Below are positions 24,023 through 35,779 of a stretch of 64,000 bases of DNA, piece by piece (the first letter of the stretch is position 1; the number at the start of each line of letters is the position of its first letter). Made by a program: the position numbers and the translations under genes. Below the pieces are notes generated by a model, which ran no database searches, was not told the origin of the DNA, and saw nothing but the letters and a program-made list of their open reading frames with translations. This DNA is from Trichodelitschia bisporula (Eukaryota), in NCBI GenBank assembly GCA_010356995.1, contig ML996688.1, positions 186,001 through 250,000 on the forward strand, written 5' to 3'.

Positions 24023-25489
24023 ATGCCGCGCCGCAAATTCATGTACGTCCCCTCCCATCCTCCCTCCACTCCCCTCCCCACCCCACCAACACATAACTAA
24101 CCCCGCTGCAGCGACAAAAAGACGGCGCAAACCTTCCACCTCGTCTACCGCAGCCAAAATGACCCTCTCATCCACGACCCGGACGCGTCGGACATGGTCT
24201 TCACCGAGGCCCCCTCGTCCAAGAACCAGCTCCGCAAGGCCCACAACCTGAACGACGACGACGTTGCTCCGCCCTTGAGCTCCGCCTCTAGCAGCGTGTC
24301 TAGCACGGGACGGAAGGTGAAGCATCTGTCGGACTTGCAGTCTGAGTTTGGGGAGATAAGGGGGAACGAGGGCGAGGCGGCGGCGCATGGCGTGTTCTTT
24401 GATGATTCGGCTTATGACTACATGCAGCATCTGCGTGAGGGGGGGGGGGCGGGGAGTGTGTTTGTCCCTGCTAAGGGGGAGAAGGGGAAGCATACTGGGG
24501 ATTTGGCGGCGGCGCTGGAGAGCTTGGAGTTGAGGTCGGAGGCGGATTCTACGGCGAGCACGTCGAGTGTTGCGTCGGCTTTTTTTTCAGATGCGATGCT
24601 GCCGAGTGGGTTTGTCCGTCCCCGCACGTATCAGGATATGCAGGAGGTGCCGGATGCGATTAAGGGGTTTAAGCCGGATATGGATCCGAGGTTGAGGGAG
24701 GTGTTGGAGGCATTGGAGGATGAGGCGTTTGTGGTCGACGAGGAGGAGGAAGAGGAGGAAGTGTTTGGACAGCTTGTGGGGCAGGGGAGGGAGGTTGATC
24801 CGCTGGAGTGGGAGGAGGAGATGGGTGCGTTGGAGGGGGATGAGGGGTGGGAGAGTGATGTTACGGTTAAGGCGGATGGGAAAGGGAAGCGGAGGGAGGA
24901 GGAAGTGCCGGATGCTGAGGAGGGTGAGGGTGGGAATTGGATGGCTGAGTACGCGAAGTTTAAGAAGGAGGGCGGGAAGGCGGGTGTGCGGTTTGCGGAC
25001 GCGGAGAAGAAGGACGATGGGAAATCGACAATGGCTTCGACGACGGCATCTTCCCTCGCCAGCGGCCGCCGCAAGAAACGCAAGGGCGCGCTCACCACTT
25101 CCTCCGGCTACTCAATGAGTTCGTCCGCGCTCGCCCGCACCGAGGGCATGTCGCTGCTCGACGCGCGTTTCGCGGCCCTCGAAAACGTATACGAGAACGA
25201 CGAGGATGGGGACGGGGACTTCGACGACGCGGCCAGCGGCATCAGTGGCATGAGCCGCATGAGCAAGATGAGCTTGTTTAGTTCGGCGAGTGCGGCGAGT
25301 CAGGGACCGAGCGCTGTGAGGAGTGACTTTGGGAGTGTGATGGAGGAGTTTTTGGGGAGTCAGCCGGGGGGGAGGAAGAAGGAGGGGAGGATGAGGGTGG
25401 GGAGGAGTGGGCATGTTATGGGGGGCTTGTCTACGTTGGATGAGGTGAGAAATGGGCTGGGGCCGGCGAGGGTTAAAGGGAGGTCGTGA
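24023..25489 (+). CDS. LTV1: Low-temperature viability protein Ltv1 (40S biogenesis factor)
   Basis: Exon 1 24023-24042, intron 24043-24111. Motifs MPRRKFIDKKTAQTFHLVYRSQNDPL, NEGEAAAHGVFFDDSAYDYMQHLR, GFKPDMDPRLREVLEALEDEAF and SMSSSALARTEGMSLLDARF. Confidence 0.95.
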
Positions 25490-25708
25490 GGGGTGGATGA
25501 GGGGTGAGAGAGGGGTGGGTGGGGGCGTTTCGGTTGGTTTGTGGGTGGGTTCGGGGTATGGCATGGTATGGTGGATGGTGAATCACACGGCCTGTTCAGA
25601 CTTGAAGGCATCAATCATGACATTTACGGAACGCAGAGGATACGTGAATCATAGCTAACGGCAATCCAGTCAAGCATCCAAAAGCAAAACCAAGGAACAA
25701 GTAAAGCT

Positions 25709-25735
25709 AACAGCACATCCAACAGCACATCCAAC
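25709..25735 (+). repeat. Tandem 12-bp repeat (AACAGCACATCC x2.25)
   Basis: Read directly from the sequence, between two convergent 3' ends. Confidence 0.85.
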
Positions 25736-25736
25736 T

Positions 25737-26401
25737 TCAAGCCTTATCCTCATCCTCCTCCTCCTCCTCATCCCTCTTAATAACAATCTCCTCCTCCGTC
25801 TCCTCCGTCATCACCGCCTCCTCCTCCGTCGTGCTCCCAAGGCCACTCATCTCGCTCTCCTCGTCACTCCCCACCTTTCTCCGTTTCTTGGGACTCGGGC
25901 CTGCACCACCTCGCCCCCCGCCGCAGCCACCACGCTTACCCATGGTGCCGGGGTACGCGCCCGGGTTTCTTCTTGGGTGTGATGGGCGAAACGGGGTCCT
26001 CCTTGACTGGGCCGTCGGCGGAGGTAGAGGTTGAGGTTATGGAGTCGGAAGCGCTGAGGCCGGCCCGGATGTCGGCTTTGAGTTTGCAGATTCGGTTGCC
26101 GACGGCGCGGGGGGTGCAGCCTGGTGGGTTGTTAGGGGAGGGGAGGGGCGGGGAGAGGGGGTGCTAAGGCCGGGAAGAGGGGAGGGGAGGGGAGTGTTAG
26201 AGGTAAGGGAAGGGAGAGAAGAGGATGAGGGAAAGGAAGGGAGGTGAGAGGAAGAGGGAAGAGAAGGGGAGAGGGGGAGGGAGCTTTACCTTTGCCCATT
26301 TCTTTGGCCAGAGAGCCTCATAGTTCGGCTTAACATCGTGAATCTTGAGCACGGCGAAGAAAAGCTGTGCGTCGGCGTCGGGCGTTCCAGCGGACTACCA
26401 T
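25737..26401 (-). pseudogene. Small nuclear protein gene (Myb/SANT-like helical N-domain, basic NLS region, acidic tail) with three apparent frameshifts; pseudogene or assembly error
   Basis: ATG at 26401 in AAAATGG context; intron 26121-26289. Removing 1, 2 and 1 nt at three short runs gives MVVRWNADADAQLFFAVLKIHDVKPNYEALAKEMGKGCTPRAVGNRICKLKADIRA...TPKKKPGRVPGTMGKRGG...PSPKKRRK...EEEEEDEDKA*. Confidence 0.6.
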
Positions 26402-27170
26402 TTTTGCGAGCAGCGGGGCGGGGGAGGAAAGAAGACTGCGAGAGGAGTAGGAAAGAAGGATGTTGTGAGAGAAGGGAGTGGGCGTGCTAAGCTGGGGTGT
26501 TCGTATTCTGATGGTGGACGAGGCTGACTTGGCTCAACGATCCCCTTCGCAAAACCTTCAGAAAACTTTAAACAAGAAAAAACCGAGCTCCTCTTCAGCC
26601 GGAAACGAGCTCCCTAAATACCTTTCTCTGCCCTCCTCTTCCCCTCCTCCTCCCCTCCTCTTCTCCCTCCCTCGCTCCCCAGAAACTCTCCAGCACCTCC
26701 CCCAGGCAACCTCCCCGACCCTTCCAGCGCCCCGTAGACGCACGCCGAGCGCTCGCTCGCTTACGGGATTTTACGACCGTCTGGCGAGTTTACGACAGTT
26801 CTGAGCGCCAAATATGAGCCATCAGGCTCGACGCCGTATTCCTGAGTCCCACGTCTGGATTCTTGGTTTCACGCTGGATTTCAGCTCGATCTGCGTGGGC
26901 GTGCATGAAGCGGGGTTTTCGGAGTGCTCATTTCCAACGTGCAGCCTTGCCCTCCCCCCGGCCTTGTTCTCTTTCCCCCCCACCTTTCTGTCCTCCCCGC
27001 CTTGCACGTCGTGCACGGAAACGGGCGTACGACGTGACGCAACGCAGATAAGCTGATTACAGAGTACAGAGCACAAGTCCAGACGCTGTGTCTCTAGAGC
27101 ACGTCACCAGATATCCATCCTTATCCACCCACCCCTCCATCTCTTCCATCCCACTCCACACCACCCCAGC

Positions 27171-27255
27171 ACGCGCCACACCCGCGACCTGCGCCACAGT
27201 GGCACCCGACGCGAACTTCACCTCATCGACGCGCCCAATATCACTGCACAACGCG
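27171..27255 (+). promoter_or_regulatory. Cluster of four ACGCG (MCB-like) cores upstream of ORC2
   Basis: ACGCG at 27171, 27209, 27229 and 27251. MCB elements are established for G1/S replication genes, but the GC-rich background weakens the call. Confidence 0.35.
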
Positions 27256-27298
27256 CATCGCACAACCACCACCACACCACACTACCCCCACCGACACC

Positions 27299-28936
27299 AT
27301 GAAGCGCAAACACACAGCCCTATCCAGTCCACGCACACCGTCAAAACGCACGCCTCGCGCCCCCCCACCAAAAGATCCCACATCACCCTCCGTCACCTCA
27401 ACCACCTCCGCAGATGAAACCTCCGAAGCCGACGTCAATGTCGATGTTGATTCGCCCTCCAAACCGCGTTCTGCCCGCGTCAGTGCACCCACGGCAGAGC
27501 TCGAAGCCGTGACACTGGACCAGACGCCGCGCAAGGGAGGAGCGGGGAGGACGGTCGAGTTCGCGACGCCGACGAAGACCCCGAGCCGGGGACTAGTGGT
27601 TACGGGCGCAGAGCGCAGCGCGCGGCGGAGGAGTGCGGCGCGGTTGATTGAGCGCGAGGAGAATGAGAGTGGGAGTGGGAGTGAGGGGGAGGAGTTGGCG
27701 AGGGAGATATGGGGCGAGGGTGGGAGTGAGGAGGAGGAAGGCGAAGAAGAGGAAGAGCGCGAAGAGGGGGACGATGTAGTGGAAAAGGACAATGAGGCAC
27801 CTGCAGTCCCTCCAACCCCCTCCAAACGCCCCCGCGGCCGCCCACGCAAAACCCGCGCCCGCACACCCACACCCCCCCGCGACCTCCCCCCCCACGAGCT
27901 ATACTTCCTGCAAACCCGCCCAGGCGCATCAGCAACCAGCAACAACACCCTCCCATCCACATCCCTCCTCACAGCCGACGAAACATTCGCTCTCTCCGAA
28001 GCCTACACCGATCCGCACGAGAAGCAAATCGCCTTCCTGCACGACCTCCACGAAGCCGCGTTTCCGCAGTGGGATTGGGAGTTGCGAAATGGGTTTAATA
28101 TTGCGCTGTTTGGGTATGGGAGTATGAGGGCGGTTTTGGAGGGGTATGCGGCGCATGTTTGGGAGGGGGAGGGGGGGGCGAAGATCGTGGTTGTGAATGC
28201 GTATGTGCCTGGCACCGCGCTGAGGGATGTTCTGGCTGCTTTAGCCGGTGCGCTCTTTCCGCGCAGCGCGAAACTGCCCCTCCACCCGAACGCCTTGCAC
28301 ACATTGCTGCTCGATACGCTGACCGAGAGTCCGCCCGCCCGGCCCGTGTACCTGCTGATTAACTCACTTGATGCGCCCGGCTTAAGGAGGGGGAGTGCAC
28401 AGGCGGTATTGGCGAGCCTGGCGGCGAGTCCGCATGTGCGTGTTGTTGCGAGTCTGGATCATCCGAGTGCGGCGCTGCTGTGGGATGCGCGCGTCCGGGC
28501 CTTGTGGCGCTTTGTCGCGCATGACGCGACGACGTTCGTCGGGTACGAGGGCGTGGAAGTAGACGCCAGAACCGAAGTCGCAGCCCTACTCGGACGCGGG
28601 GGACGGGGCGTTGCGGGGCGGGATGGCGTAGGCTTCGTGCTCAAAAGCTTGCCCGGGAATGCGCGGAGTTTGTTTCGGATTTTGGTCGCGGAACAGGTTG
28701 CGGGGCTTGATGATGGGGGTGAGGGGGAGGAGGGTGTTGAGTATCGGGTTGCGTATCATCGGGCCCGCGAGGAGCTGGTGTGTTCTACTGAGCACCAGTT
28801 CCGTACGTTACTGAAGGAGTTTTATGATCATGTTATGGTGGAGAGTAGGCGGGATGCGGGGGGGGCGGAGAGGTTGGTCGTGCCGTTCCGACGGGAGGAG
28901 TTGGAGGGGTTGTTGGAGGATTTGGTTGAGGGTTAA
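27299..28936 (+). CDS. ORC2: Origin recognition complex subunit 2
   Basis: The N-terminus has S/TP sites and an AT-hook-like KRPRGRPRK. Core motifs: FPQWDWELRNGFNIALFGYGS, YLLINSLDAPGLR, VASLDHPSAALLWD, FVAHDATTF, VLKSLPGNARSLFRIL and FRTLLKEFYDH. Single exon. Confidence 0.96.
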   Translation: MKRKHTALSSPRTPSKRTPRAPPPKDPTSPSVTSTTSADETSEADVNVDVDSPSKPRSARVSAPTAELEAVTLDQTPRKGGAGRTVEFATPTKTPSRGLVVTGAERSARRRSAARLIEREENESGSGSEGEELAREIWGEGGSEEEEGEEEEEREEGDDVVEKDNEAPAVPPTPSKRPRGRPRKTRARTPTPPRDLPPHELYFLQTRPGASATSNNTLPSTSLLTADETFALSEAYTDPHEKQIAFLHDLHEAAFPQWDWELRNGFNIALFGYGSMRAVLEGYAAHVWEGEGGAKIVVVNAYVPGTALRDVLAALAGALFPRSAKLPLHPNALHTLLLDTLTESPPARPVYLLINSLDAPGLRRGSAQAVLASLAASPHVRVVASLDHPSAALLWDARVRALWRFVAHDATTFVGYEGVEVDARTEVAALLGRGGRGVAGRDGVGFVLKSLPGNARSLFRILVAEQVAGLDDGGEGEEGVEYRVAYHRAREELVCSTEHQFRTLLKEFYDHVMVESRRDAGGAERLVVPFRREELEGLLEDLVEG

Positions 28937-29022
28937 GGACATATTCAGGTATCGCGGATATAAACTAGAACTAGACGGTTGCTTCATATCTACCCTCCGG
29001 CGGGTAACAGCTTCAAGAACAT

Positions 29023-31939
29023 CTACCCCCTCCCAACCCTCCACACCCCCAATCCCCCAAGTACACCAACAAGCAAATGAAACCCCAGCCCCCACGCCAT
29101 AGCATACAAATACTTCGGACTAAACACCGTCCAAATAAACAAATGCTGTCTCAGCACCGTACAAGCAACCTGCACCGCCGCCAACCCCCCCGCCGTGAAC
29201 ACCGTCAAAACCCCCATATATACCCCCAATTCCCCGCCCTCTTCCCCTAAAGCCTCCCACTCCCTCCTCACCCACCCCCGTCCCCCGGATTCCAATAACC
29301 CCTCAACACAAACAAACGCCCACCAAATCGGCCCCGCCCAATTCCCCACAAACACCAAAACCCCGACGGCGAGCACATTATACCCGCTAACCCCGTTATA
29401 CGCACTGCTCAAATCCACACCGCTGATCGCATTACTTGAGCCCATGGCGAACCACGCCGTCCTACCCAGCACCAGTCCCGCGATGCCGAGCTTGACAGCG
29501 CGCCGAGCGCCGCGCGCTGGGCTGAGGAGGGCGGAGAGGGAGGTGAAGGACAGGCGGAAGAGGACGAAGAGCGGGGCGTTCGTGGCGCGCGTTTGCATGA
29601 GGAGGAGCAGCGTGAGGAGCGCCCTAAGCACCGGTAGAATTTCCGCACCCCTGCCCCGGCGCCGGCGGAGGAGCACGACGAGGGCTTGCGCGGCGAGGAG
29701 CGCGAACACACCCCTTGCCAGCGGCACAAGCGGCAACCCGGCCAGCATCTCCACCGCTCCCGGCCCCAACCAGGCCAGTAGTTCCGGGGCGTCGTTCGCC
29801 GTAAAGGCTGCCCGGAAAAGCAGCGCGGGGACCGTGGGCGCGAGGGCGGAGAGCCAGGCTGCGAACGGGGGGGGGTTGAAGGTAGTGAGGAGGGAGGTGC
29901 TGAGAGCGCGGGCGGTGTCGATGTAGGTGTATACTATGCAGGCGCTGAGGAGGGGGGCTTGGGCTGGGTGGGTTAGGAAGGTGGTTATGGAGGGGGAGCC
30001 GGTGTGTTTGACGCCGGTTTGGGTCCAGCGCGTCACTAGGCGGTGGAGAGCGAGGAGGGTTAGGAGGGGGAGGAGGGGGGAGGGGCGGGGGGGTTTGGAG
30101 GGGGATTTGGAGGATTTAGAGGGGGTGGTGGAGCGGAGGCTGGAGGGGTTAGAAAGTGAGGGAATAAGGGGGGGGGGACGAACTTTTGCACGCCGAGATA
30201 GGCGATGTACGCCCCCGTCGACCAGTACCAAAAATGCTGCTCCTCCTCCACATAACTAGACGCAAACATCATAACCGCATAAAGCACGGAAAGCAGGGCC
30301 AAAACAACCCCATCAGGGGTAAGGAGCGCCTTGTGCGAGAACGTCGCGCAGACAGATATGCCGAGGGCGAGGGCCGAGAGCGCGATGCCGCTGATGAGCA
30401 GCGTGATGGAGTAGTTCGACGCGGCGGAGGACATGGTGGATTGGGCGGCGCGGGAGAACTAGAGATTTAGTGGGGGGACTGGTTGAGGGTGGGATACGTA
30501 CTTTGTAGAGCGCTTCGAGGGCGGAGGAGGGGGGTGCGGAGTGCGTGGATTTCCAGAGACAGGCTAATTCCTGCCCGGAGGAGAGGTCGCCTGCGCAGGC
30601 GATCTCGGCTTTCGGGTTGGCGTACACGGGACTTGGATGTGCGGCTTTGACGATGTTCGATAGTTGGAGGGCATTGCGGAGGAGGAGTTGTGTTCGGTCC
30701 ACAGCTACACCCATTAGCTACATCCCCGGTGAGGGTAGAGTACCTACCGTCCGGCCACAGCGCCAAGAAGTCCGGAATCAGAATGCCCAGATTGTTCAGG
30801 GGCGTCGGGAAGCCGAGCAGTGCGGCCAGCGTGGGGACAACATCCGACTGCTCGATCTTGGCGTAGAAGTCAAAATCCTCCTTTGGGGCCGTGGGACACT
30901 CCCGACCCGTCGAAATTTCCTTGAGTTTGGGCGATATAAAGACGAGAGCAGGGGAGGTTTCGCCGGGCGCGGAGCCGCCGTGGTTACCGCCGTCGTTCAT
31001 GCCGTGGTCGCCGCAGAGCACGAAGAGCGCGTTTTCCAGGTGTGGCTCCTTGAGCATGGCCTCGTGGACTTGCTGTACGATGCCGTCCATCTCGGCTTGC
31101 TTGGGGATCATGTGCGGACTAAACCCGTTAGAAAGGGGGAACAAACAACATCCGACAGAACCACAGCCTCACCCATGTGGTCCAGTCTTATGCCCGATAT
31201 GATCCAACCCCAGATAATGCATAATAAACGCATTCCAATCATCATTGCGCAGCTCGCGCTTCACATGCCTCGTCACATTGAAGTCCACTTCCGTAAAATC
31301 CTATCCAAAGTACTATTCAGCTCTACAGACCTACATACACAAGACACGACACCACTAACCGAAACAAAAAAGCTGCTCGTGCCATCGGCCCGCGCAAACA
31401 AGCCGGGAAAAAGCTTCAACCACGTGTCATCGCCGTACATGACGAGCCGCCCACCGCCGTTGTGCGCCTTAAGCTGCGCAAGCCAGCTATCCTGGTGCGC
31501 AAGCGACGAACTCGTGTCACTTTCCGCGAAGTTGAGAATAACGTCTAGGAACGACGGGATCGAGCCCGTGGTCAGCGCCTTGACGCGCGGCATCGTAATC
31601 GTCGGCGATGCGGCATGGGCCGTAAACGGGAGCGCCGAGCCATCGCGGATCAACCTACGCCGTTAGCCGGCGCGTGGATATGTGGGCGGGGCGGTACCTC
31701 TGTGTGTACGCGAAGCCAGACGCGTTGCCGAAGACGAAGTCAGCGCGCAGCGCGTCGACGACCATGAACACGACGCGGTCGAAGCGCGGGGCGGGCACGG
31801 GGGCGGCGAGGGCATGGTGCGTCGCCAGACCGGGAAGGAAAGGCTTGTAGGGGAAGAAGCCGGCGGCGAAGACGAGGATGCCGGCGGGGATGAGGAGGTT
31901 GGCGAGGGTGAGGAGGATGGTGCGCGTTTGGGGATGCAT
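29023..31939 (-). CDS. GPI7: GPI ethanolamine phosphate transferase 2 (PIG-G/Gpi7), multi-exon
   Basis: Motifs FAAGFFPYKP, VVFMVVDALRADF, PTITMPRVKALTTGSIP, YGDDTWLKLFP, HYLGLDHIGH, GDHGMNDGGNHGG, FASSYVEEEQHFWY, SNAISGVDLSSAYNG and LRQHLFIWTVFSPKYLY. About six introns. Confidence 0.95.
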
Positions 31940-32645
31940 GGCGATCTAGGCCGCAAGGGCGGAATACGGAGGGAGAGAGCTTCGATACAGTGCGGTTGGT
32001 TAGTCTACGGTACGATCACGGACAGGCTAGACCGGGGTTAGTTGTGTAGAGCCCTTGTGGAGCCTGGCCATTGCAAATGCAGAGAGAGTGTGGTGTGCGA
32101 TAGAGAGGGCAAGGTCAATTTGTTCGAGAACGATTGAAGAAGATTTGGTGAAGGTCGGGGATGGATTGACTGAGTTGCTGTTGAAATTGAGGGCTCGGCG
32201 GCAGGTCAAGCCACACACTGTGGCCACTTCAGCCCCAAAGAAACACCAACTCCTTCTGCATCACCATCGTCAAACTCACCGGCTTTCTCATATGCTCTTC
32301 ATACGGAAAGTTCTGCGAACATATGATGCATAGATTTAGATGAAAACTAAGAACTCTTCTTCTAGACTTTACCACTTACATCCGCTAACTCTCCGTAATA
32401 GCCTCGCCCAGTCGTGTACTCCAGCCGTGCCCTCGCAGCCCCGAAAAGCATGGACTCCAATATAAAGTATTACTCCGCTGGGAACGGCGCTCCAATGCCG
32501 ATTCCTTATCTCGCGCATATATCACCCATCCGTGCTGTATATACCCGCAGAAGCCAAGCCATGGTTTCGCAGTTTCGTTCCTTCTCTCGTCACTGTGCTT
32601 GTTGGCTGAGCTCCACGATTCAACCGCCCTCGAGGGCGTAATAGC

Positions 32646-34700
32646 ATGGCATCGTTTGCGGTCAGGTTGGCTCTGGCTTGTTTCTTCATTCATAATGTTG
32701 CGGCCTTTTTGGGAGGCCTCATCAGCAAGTACGACATCATGGCGAGCATGGATTTGCTGCCGGACGGGACGCCCATGGAGATTGAAGATACCGACGATGA
32801 CTGGCGGACAAAGGCGAACATTCGCCAGATCATCAATGGCACCAACGGGACCGAGCATATCTTGACCGAGTACGTGACGCTGCCCATTGATCACTTCGGC
32901 GAGGGCGCAGGCACATTCAACAACCGCTTCTGGGTCTCAGAAATCGACTACAAGCCCGGCGGCCCCATCTTCGTCTACGACGTCGGCGAAGCGAACGCAT
33001 CCACCAATGGCGTGCAATACCAGCGCCTGATGAACGAAACCTCCTTCTTCAAGCAAATGGTCCGACGGTACCACGGCATCGGCATAGTCTGGGAGCACCG
33101 CTTCTACGGAAACTCGTCCCCGCACAACATCTCCCTCAACACCCCAGCCAAGCACTTCGAATTCCACACTACGGAACAGGCCCTCGCCGACGTGCCCACC
33201 TTTGCCTGGAACTTCACCCGCAAGTCGATGCCCGACGTTGACTTGACACCGGCCAGCACGCCCTGGGTCTTCGTCGGCGGGTCATACCCCGGCATGCGCG
33301 CCTCCTTCATGCGCCGCTTCTACCCCGGCACCATCTTCGCGGGCTACTCCGCCGCCGCCCCCGTCGAAGCCGCCATCGACATGAGCGTCTACTTCGAGCC
33401 CATCTGGGAAGGCATGCACACCTACGGCTGGGCCAACTGCAGCCAGGATATCAAAGCCGCCGTGCAGGCCGTCGACAGCATCCTCGAAGACCCCGCCGAA
33501 GCCATCAAGATCAAAGAACGCTTCCTGGGCCGCACGGCGGGGAACAATACGAACGCCGGTTTTGCAGATGCGCTGAGCACTATCTTCTTCCTCTGGCAGA
33601 GCTACGGCGTGGACGGTGGCCCGCAGGGCCTGCGCTCGTTTTGTAACTGGATCGAGCGCGACCCCGTTACAAATACGACGTCGGATGCGCGCGGCTGGGC
33701 CGCCGTGCGCGGCGTAGACTACGTCCTGGGGCGCTGGGCCAGCTGGCCCTTCTTCGCGAGCGCCGTGAACGAAAACCTCTTTACCCACTGCGAAGGCGGC
33801 CCCACCGCCCGCCGCATCCTAAACTCCACCCTCCCAAAGCCAAACATGACAACCACCTACCCCAAAGGTCCCCGGCCAGCTCAAAACGCCACCAGAATCG
33901 TGCAATGTAATCTCGAAGAGCGCTTCCCCGAGCCCGCCGCCATATCCTGGACATGGCAGTACTGCACCACATGGGGCTTTCTCCAAAGCGTGAACCTGGG
34001 GCCCCACCAACTGCTCAGCAAATACAACAGCCTAGTCCACCAGCGGGATATCTGCCACCGCCAGTTTCCGGATGGGTTAAAGTCGGGGCTCCTCCCCCTG
34101 TGGCCGGACGTCAAATCCGCGAACGCGCGCTTCGGCGGCTGGCGCAGTCTCCCCCCGCGCACCTTCCACTCAGGCGGGCAATTCGACCCCTGGCGCACGC
34201 TCTCCGTGCTCAGCGACCAACCCCTCAGTCCGCGCTACGCCGTCACCCACAACATACCCTCCTGCTCGGCACCCAGCGGAAAAATCCGCGTCGCGCCCGA
34301 CGACGGGTCCTGGGGCAGCGTGTTCGGGTACGTAGTGCCCGGCGGAGAACACGCTTATGATTTCAGGACGAGTTTCGTGGCGGGCCGGCCGGCGATTGAG
34401 TTGTTCAATAAGGCGCTGGATGAGTGGCTGAAGTGCTGGAAGCCGCTTGCGGCAGGGGGGGCGCCCGGGGTGCTCCCGGGGAATGCGACGAATCATACGA
34501 ATGAGTTGACGGTTGATGGGGGGGGGTGGTGGGGGGGGGGGCATTATGATCCGGCGACGGGGACGGTTGGGCAGTTGCCTGATCCGCCGGAGGAGGATGA
34601 GGAGGAGGATGAGGAGAGGAGGAAGGTTATGAAGAGGAAGGTGAGGAGGCGGAGGGCAGTAGGGGGGGGGATTAGGATTAGGAAGGCGAATTACCCCTAG
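32646..34700 (+). CDS. Secreted serine carboxypeptidase, family S28
   Basis: Hydrophobic signal peptide; motifs PIDHF, WEHRFYGNS, TEQALAD, PWVFVGGSYPG (catalytic Ser), WTWQYCT, GQFDPWR and GEHAYD; many N-x-S/T sites. Single exon. Confidence 0.93.
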   Translation: MASFAVRLALACFFIHNVAAFLGGLISKYDIMASMDLLPDGTPMEIEDTDDDWRTKANIRQIINGTNGTEHILTEYVTLPIDHFGEGAGTFNNRFWVSEIDYKPGGPIFVYDVGEANASTNGVQYQRLMNETSFFKQMVRRYHGIGIVWEHRFYGNSSPHNISLNTPAKHFEFHTTEQALADVPTFAWNFTRKSMPDVDLTPASTPWVFVGGSYPGMRASFMRRFYPGTIFAGYSAAAPVEAAIDMSVYFEPIWEGMHTYGWANCSQDIKAAVQAVDSILEDPAEAIKIKERFLGRTAGNNTNAGFADALSTIFFLWQSYGVDGGPQGLRSFCNWIERDPVTNTTSDARGWAAVRGVDYVLGRWASWPFFASAVNENLFTHCEGGPTARRILNSTLPKPNMTTTYPKGPRPAQNATRIVQCNLEERFPEPAAISWTWQYCTTWGFLQSVNLGPHQLLSKYNSLVHQRDICHRQFPDGLKSGLLPLWPDVKSANARFGGWRSLPPRTFHSGGQFDPWRTLSVLSDQPLSPRYAVTHNIPSCSAPSGKIRVAPDDGSWGSVFGYVVPGGEHAYDFRTSFVAGRPAIELFNKALDEWLKCWKPLAAGGAPGVLPGNATNHTNELTVDGGGWWGGGHYDPATGTVGQLPDPPEEDEEEDEERRKVMKRKVRRRRAVGGGIRIRKANYP

Positions 34701-34816
34701 GCCGCATCATTAGCTTCTTGGATATGACACATGTACAATGTAACATTCAAGCACCGGCTATGTTAGACAGTATCTGTCAGACCGCCCCCTTCCACGAGCA
34801 GCTTCAAAAACGCCTC

Positions 34817-35779
34817 TCAGATTAACCCACTGAAGATGTCGTCGATAGCGTCTCCCTTCTTTTTCTTCTTCGCCTTCTTCTTCAGCGAAGGCATACTCCG
34901 CTTCAAGCCAGCCTTCACCTCCGCCGTCTCTTCGATACCGCTCTTCTTTGGCTTCCTCTTCACTTCGACCCGAGAATCAACCTCCATCTCTTCCATCCGG
35001 GTTTCAACGAGACCCTCTGCTGCAAGAACCGCTTCCCGTTTCTTCTTCAGCGAGGTCGACTTGGCCGTAGACACCACAGCGTCCGCTTTCCTCGTTTTCC
35101 CTTTCTTCTTCTCCTCCACCGGCTCCTCAGCCTCCCTCTCCATCCTAACACCAGAATCCCTCACCTCTTCCGCAAATGGCCTCGTGACATTCTCCTCCCT
35201 CTCAACCCTCACACCAACATCTCCTCCCTCCTCCACCTCCTTTTCCAGTTCCTTCAAAACCTCCTCCTCCCCCTCACGCACAGGAAACTCCTCCACCAAC
35301 CTCAAAATCCTCCCCACCCTCCCCAACACCGCCAACAACACAACCCCAACCGCCCCATATTGCGGCCCCGCAACAAGCTGACTAAACGCCTTCCACCACC
35401 TCGGAACCAGCACCTCGGTCCACAGCCTCAATCTCGCCTCCGCCCTCTCCTGTCTTTCCGCCGTCAGCGCCCTGACCTCGGAAGGAAGTAGACTCCGCGT
35501 CTTCGGCGCCTTGGGCTTAGCCTTTGAGCCCGACGGTGCGGCCTTGGTGGGTTTGGGTTTGGAGGTGGGGGGAGACTTGGTGGTTGTTTTGGGCACGGGG
35601 GAGAGCTCGGTGAGGAGTGAGGTGGTTTGCCGACGGAACATGTTGAAGTGGCGCCACCAGGGCTGTGCGCGGTGCTGGTTTTTGTTGCGGTGGTGGAGGA
35701 GGTGTAGGATGCGGGTTGTGTTGAGGAGTTCGGTGGTTTGGGCTTCGGTTAGGGAGGAGAGGGGGGGTGGGGCGGACAT
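34817..35779 (-). CDS. RMP1: RNase MRP protein subunit Rmp1
   Basis: Motifs LHLLHHRNKNQHRAQPWWRHF and AFSQLVAGPQYGAVGVVLLAVLGRV; C-terminus KKKKKGDAIDDIFSGL. Confidence 0.88.
   Translation of the reverse strand: MSAPPPLSSLTEAQTTELLNTTRILHLLHHRNKNQHRAQPWWRHFNMFRRQTTSLLTELSPVPKTTTKSPPTSKPKPTKAAPSGSKAKPKAPKTRSLLPSEVRALTAERQERAEARLRLWTEVLVPRWWKAFSQLVAGPQYGAVGVVLLAVLGRVGRILRLVEEFPVREGEEEVLKELEKEVEEGGDVGVRVEREENVTRPFAEEVRDSGVRMEREAEEPVEEKKKGKTRKADAVVSTAKSTSLKKKREAVLAAEGLVETRMEEMEVDSRVEVKRKPKKSGIEETAEVKAGLKRSMPSLKKKAKKKKKGDAIDDIFSGLI

Noticed and set aside
26563..26571. Wor1-type site AAACTTTAA
   Set aside because: A single 9-mer in 64 kb is compatible with chance, and it is not upstream of the WOPR gene.
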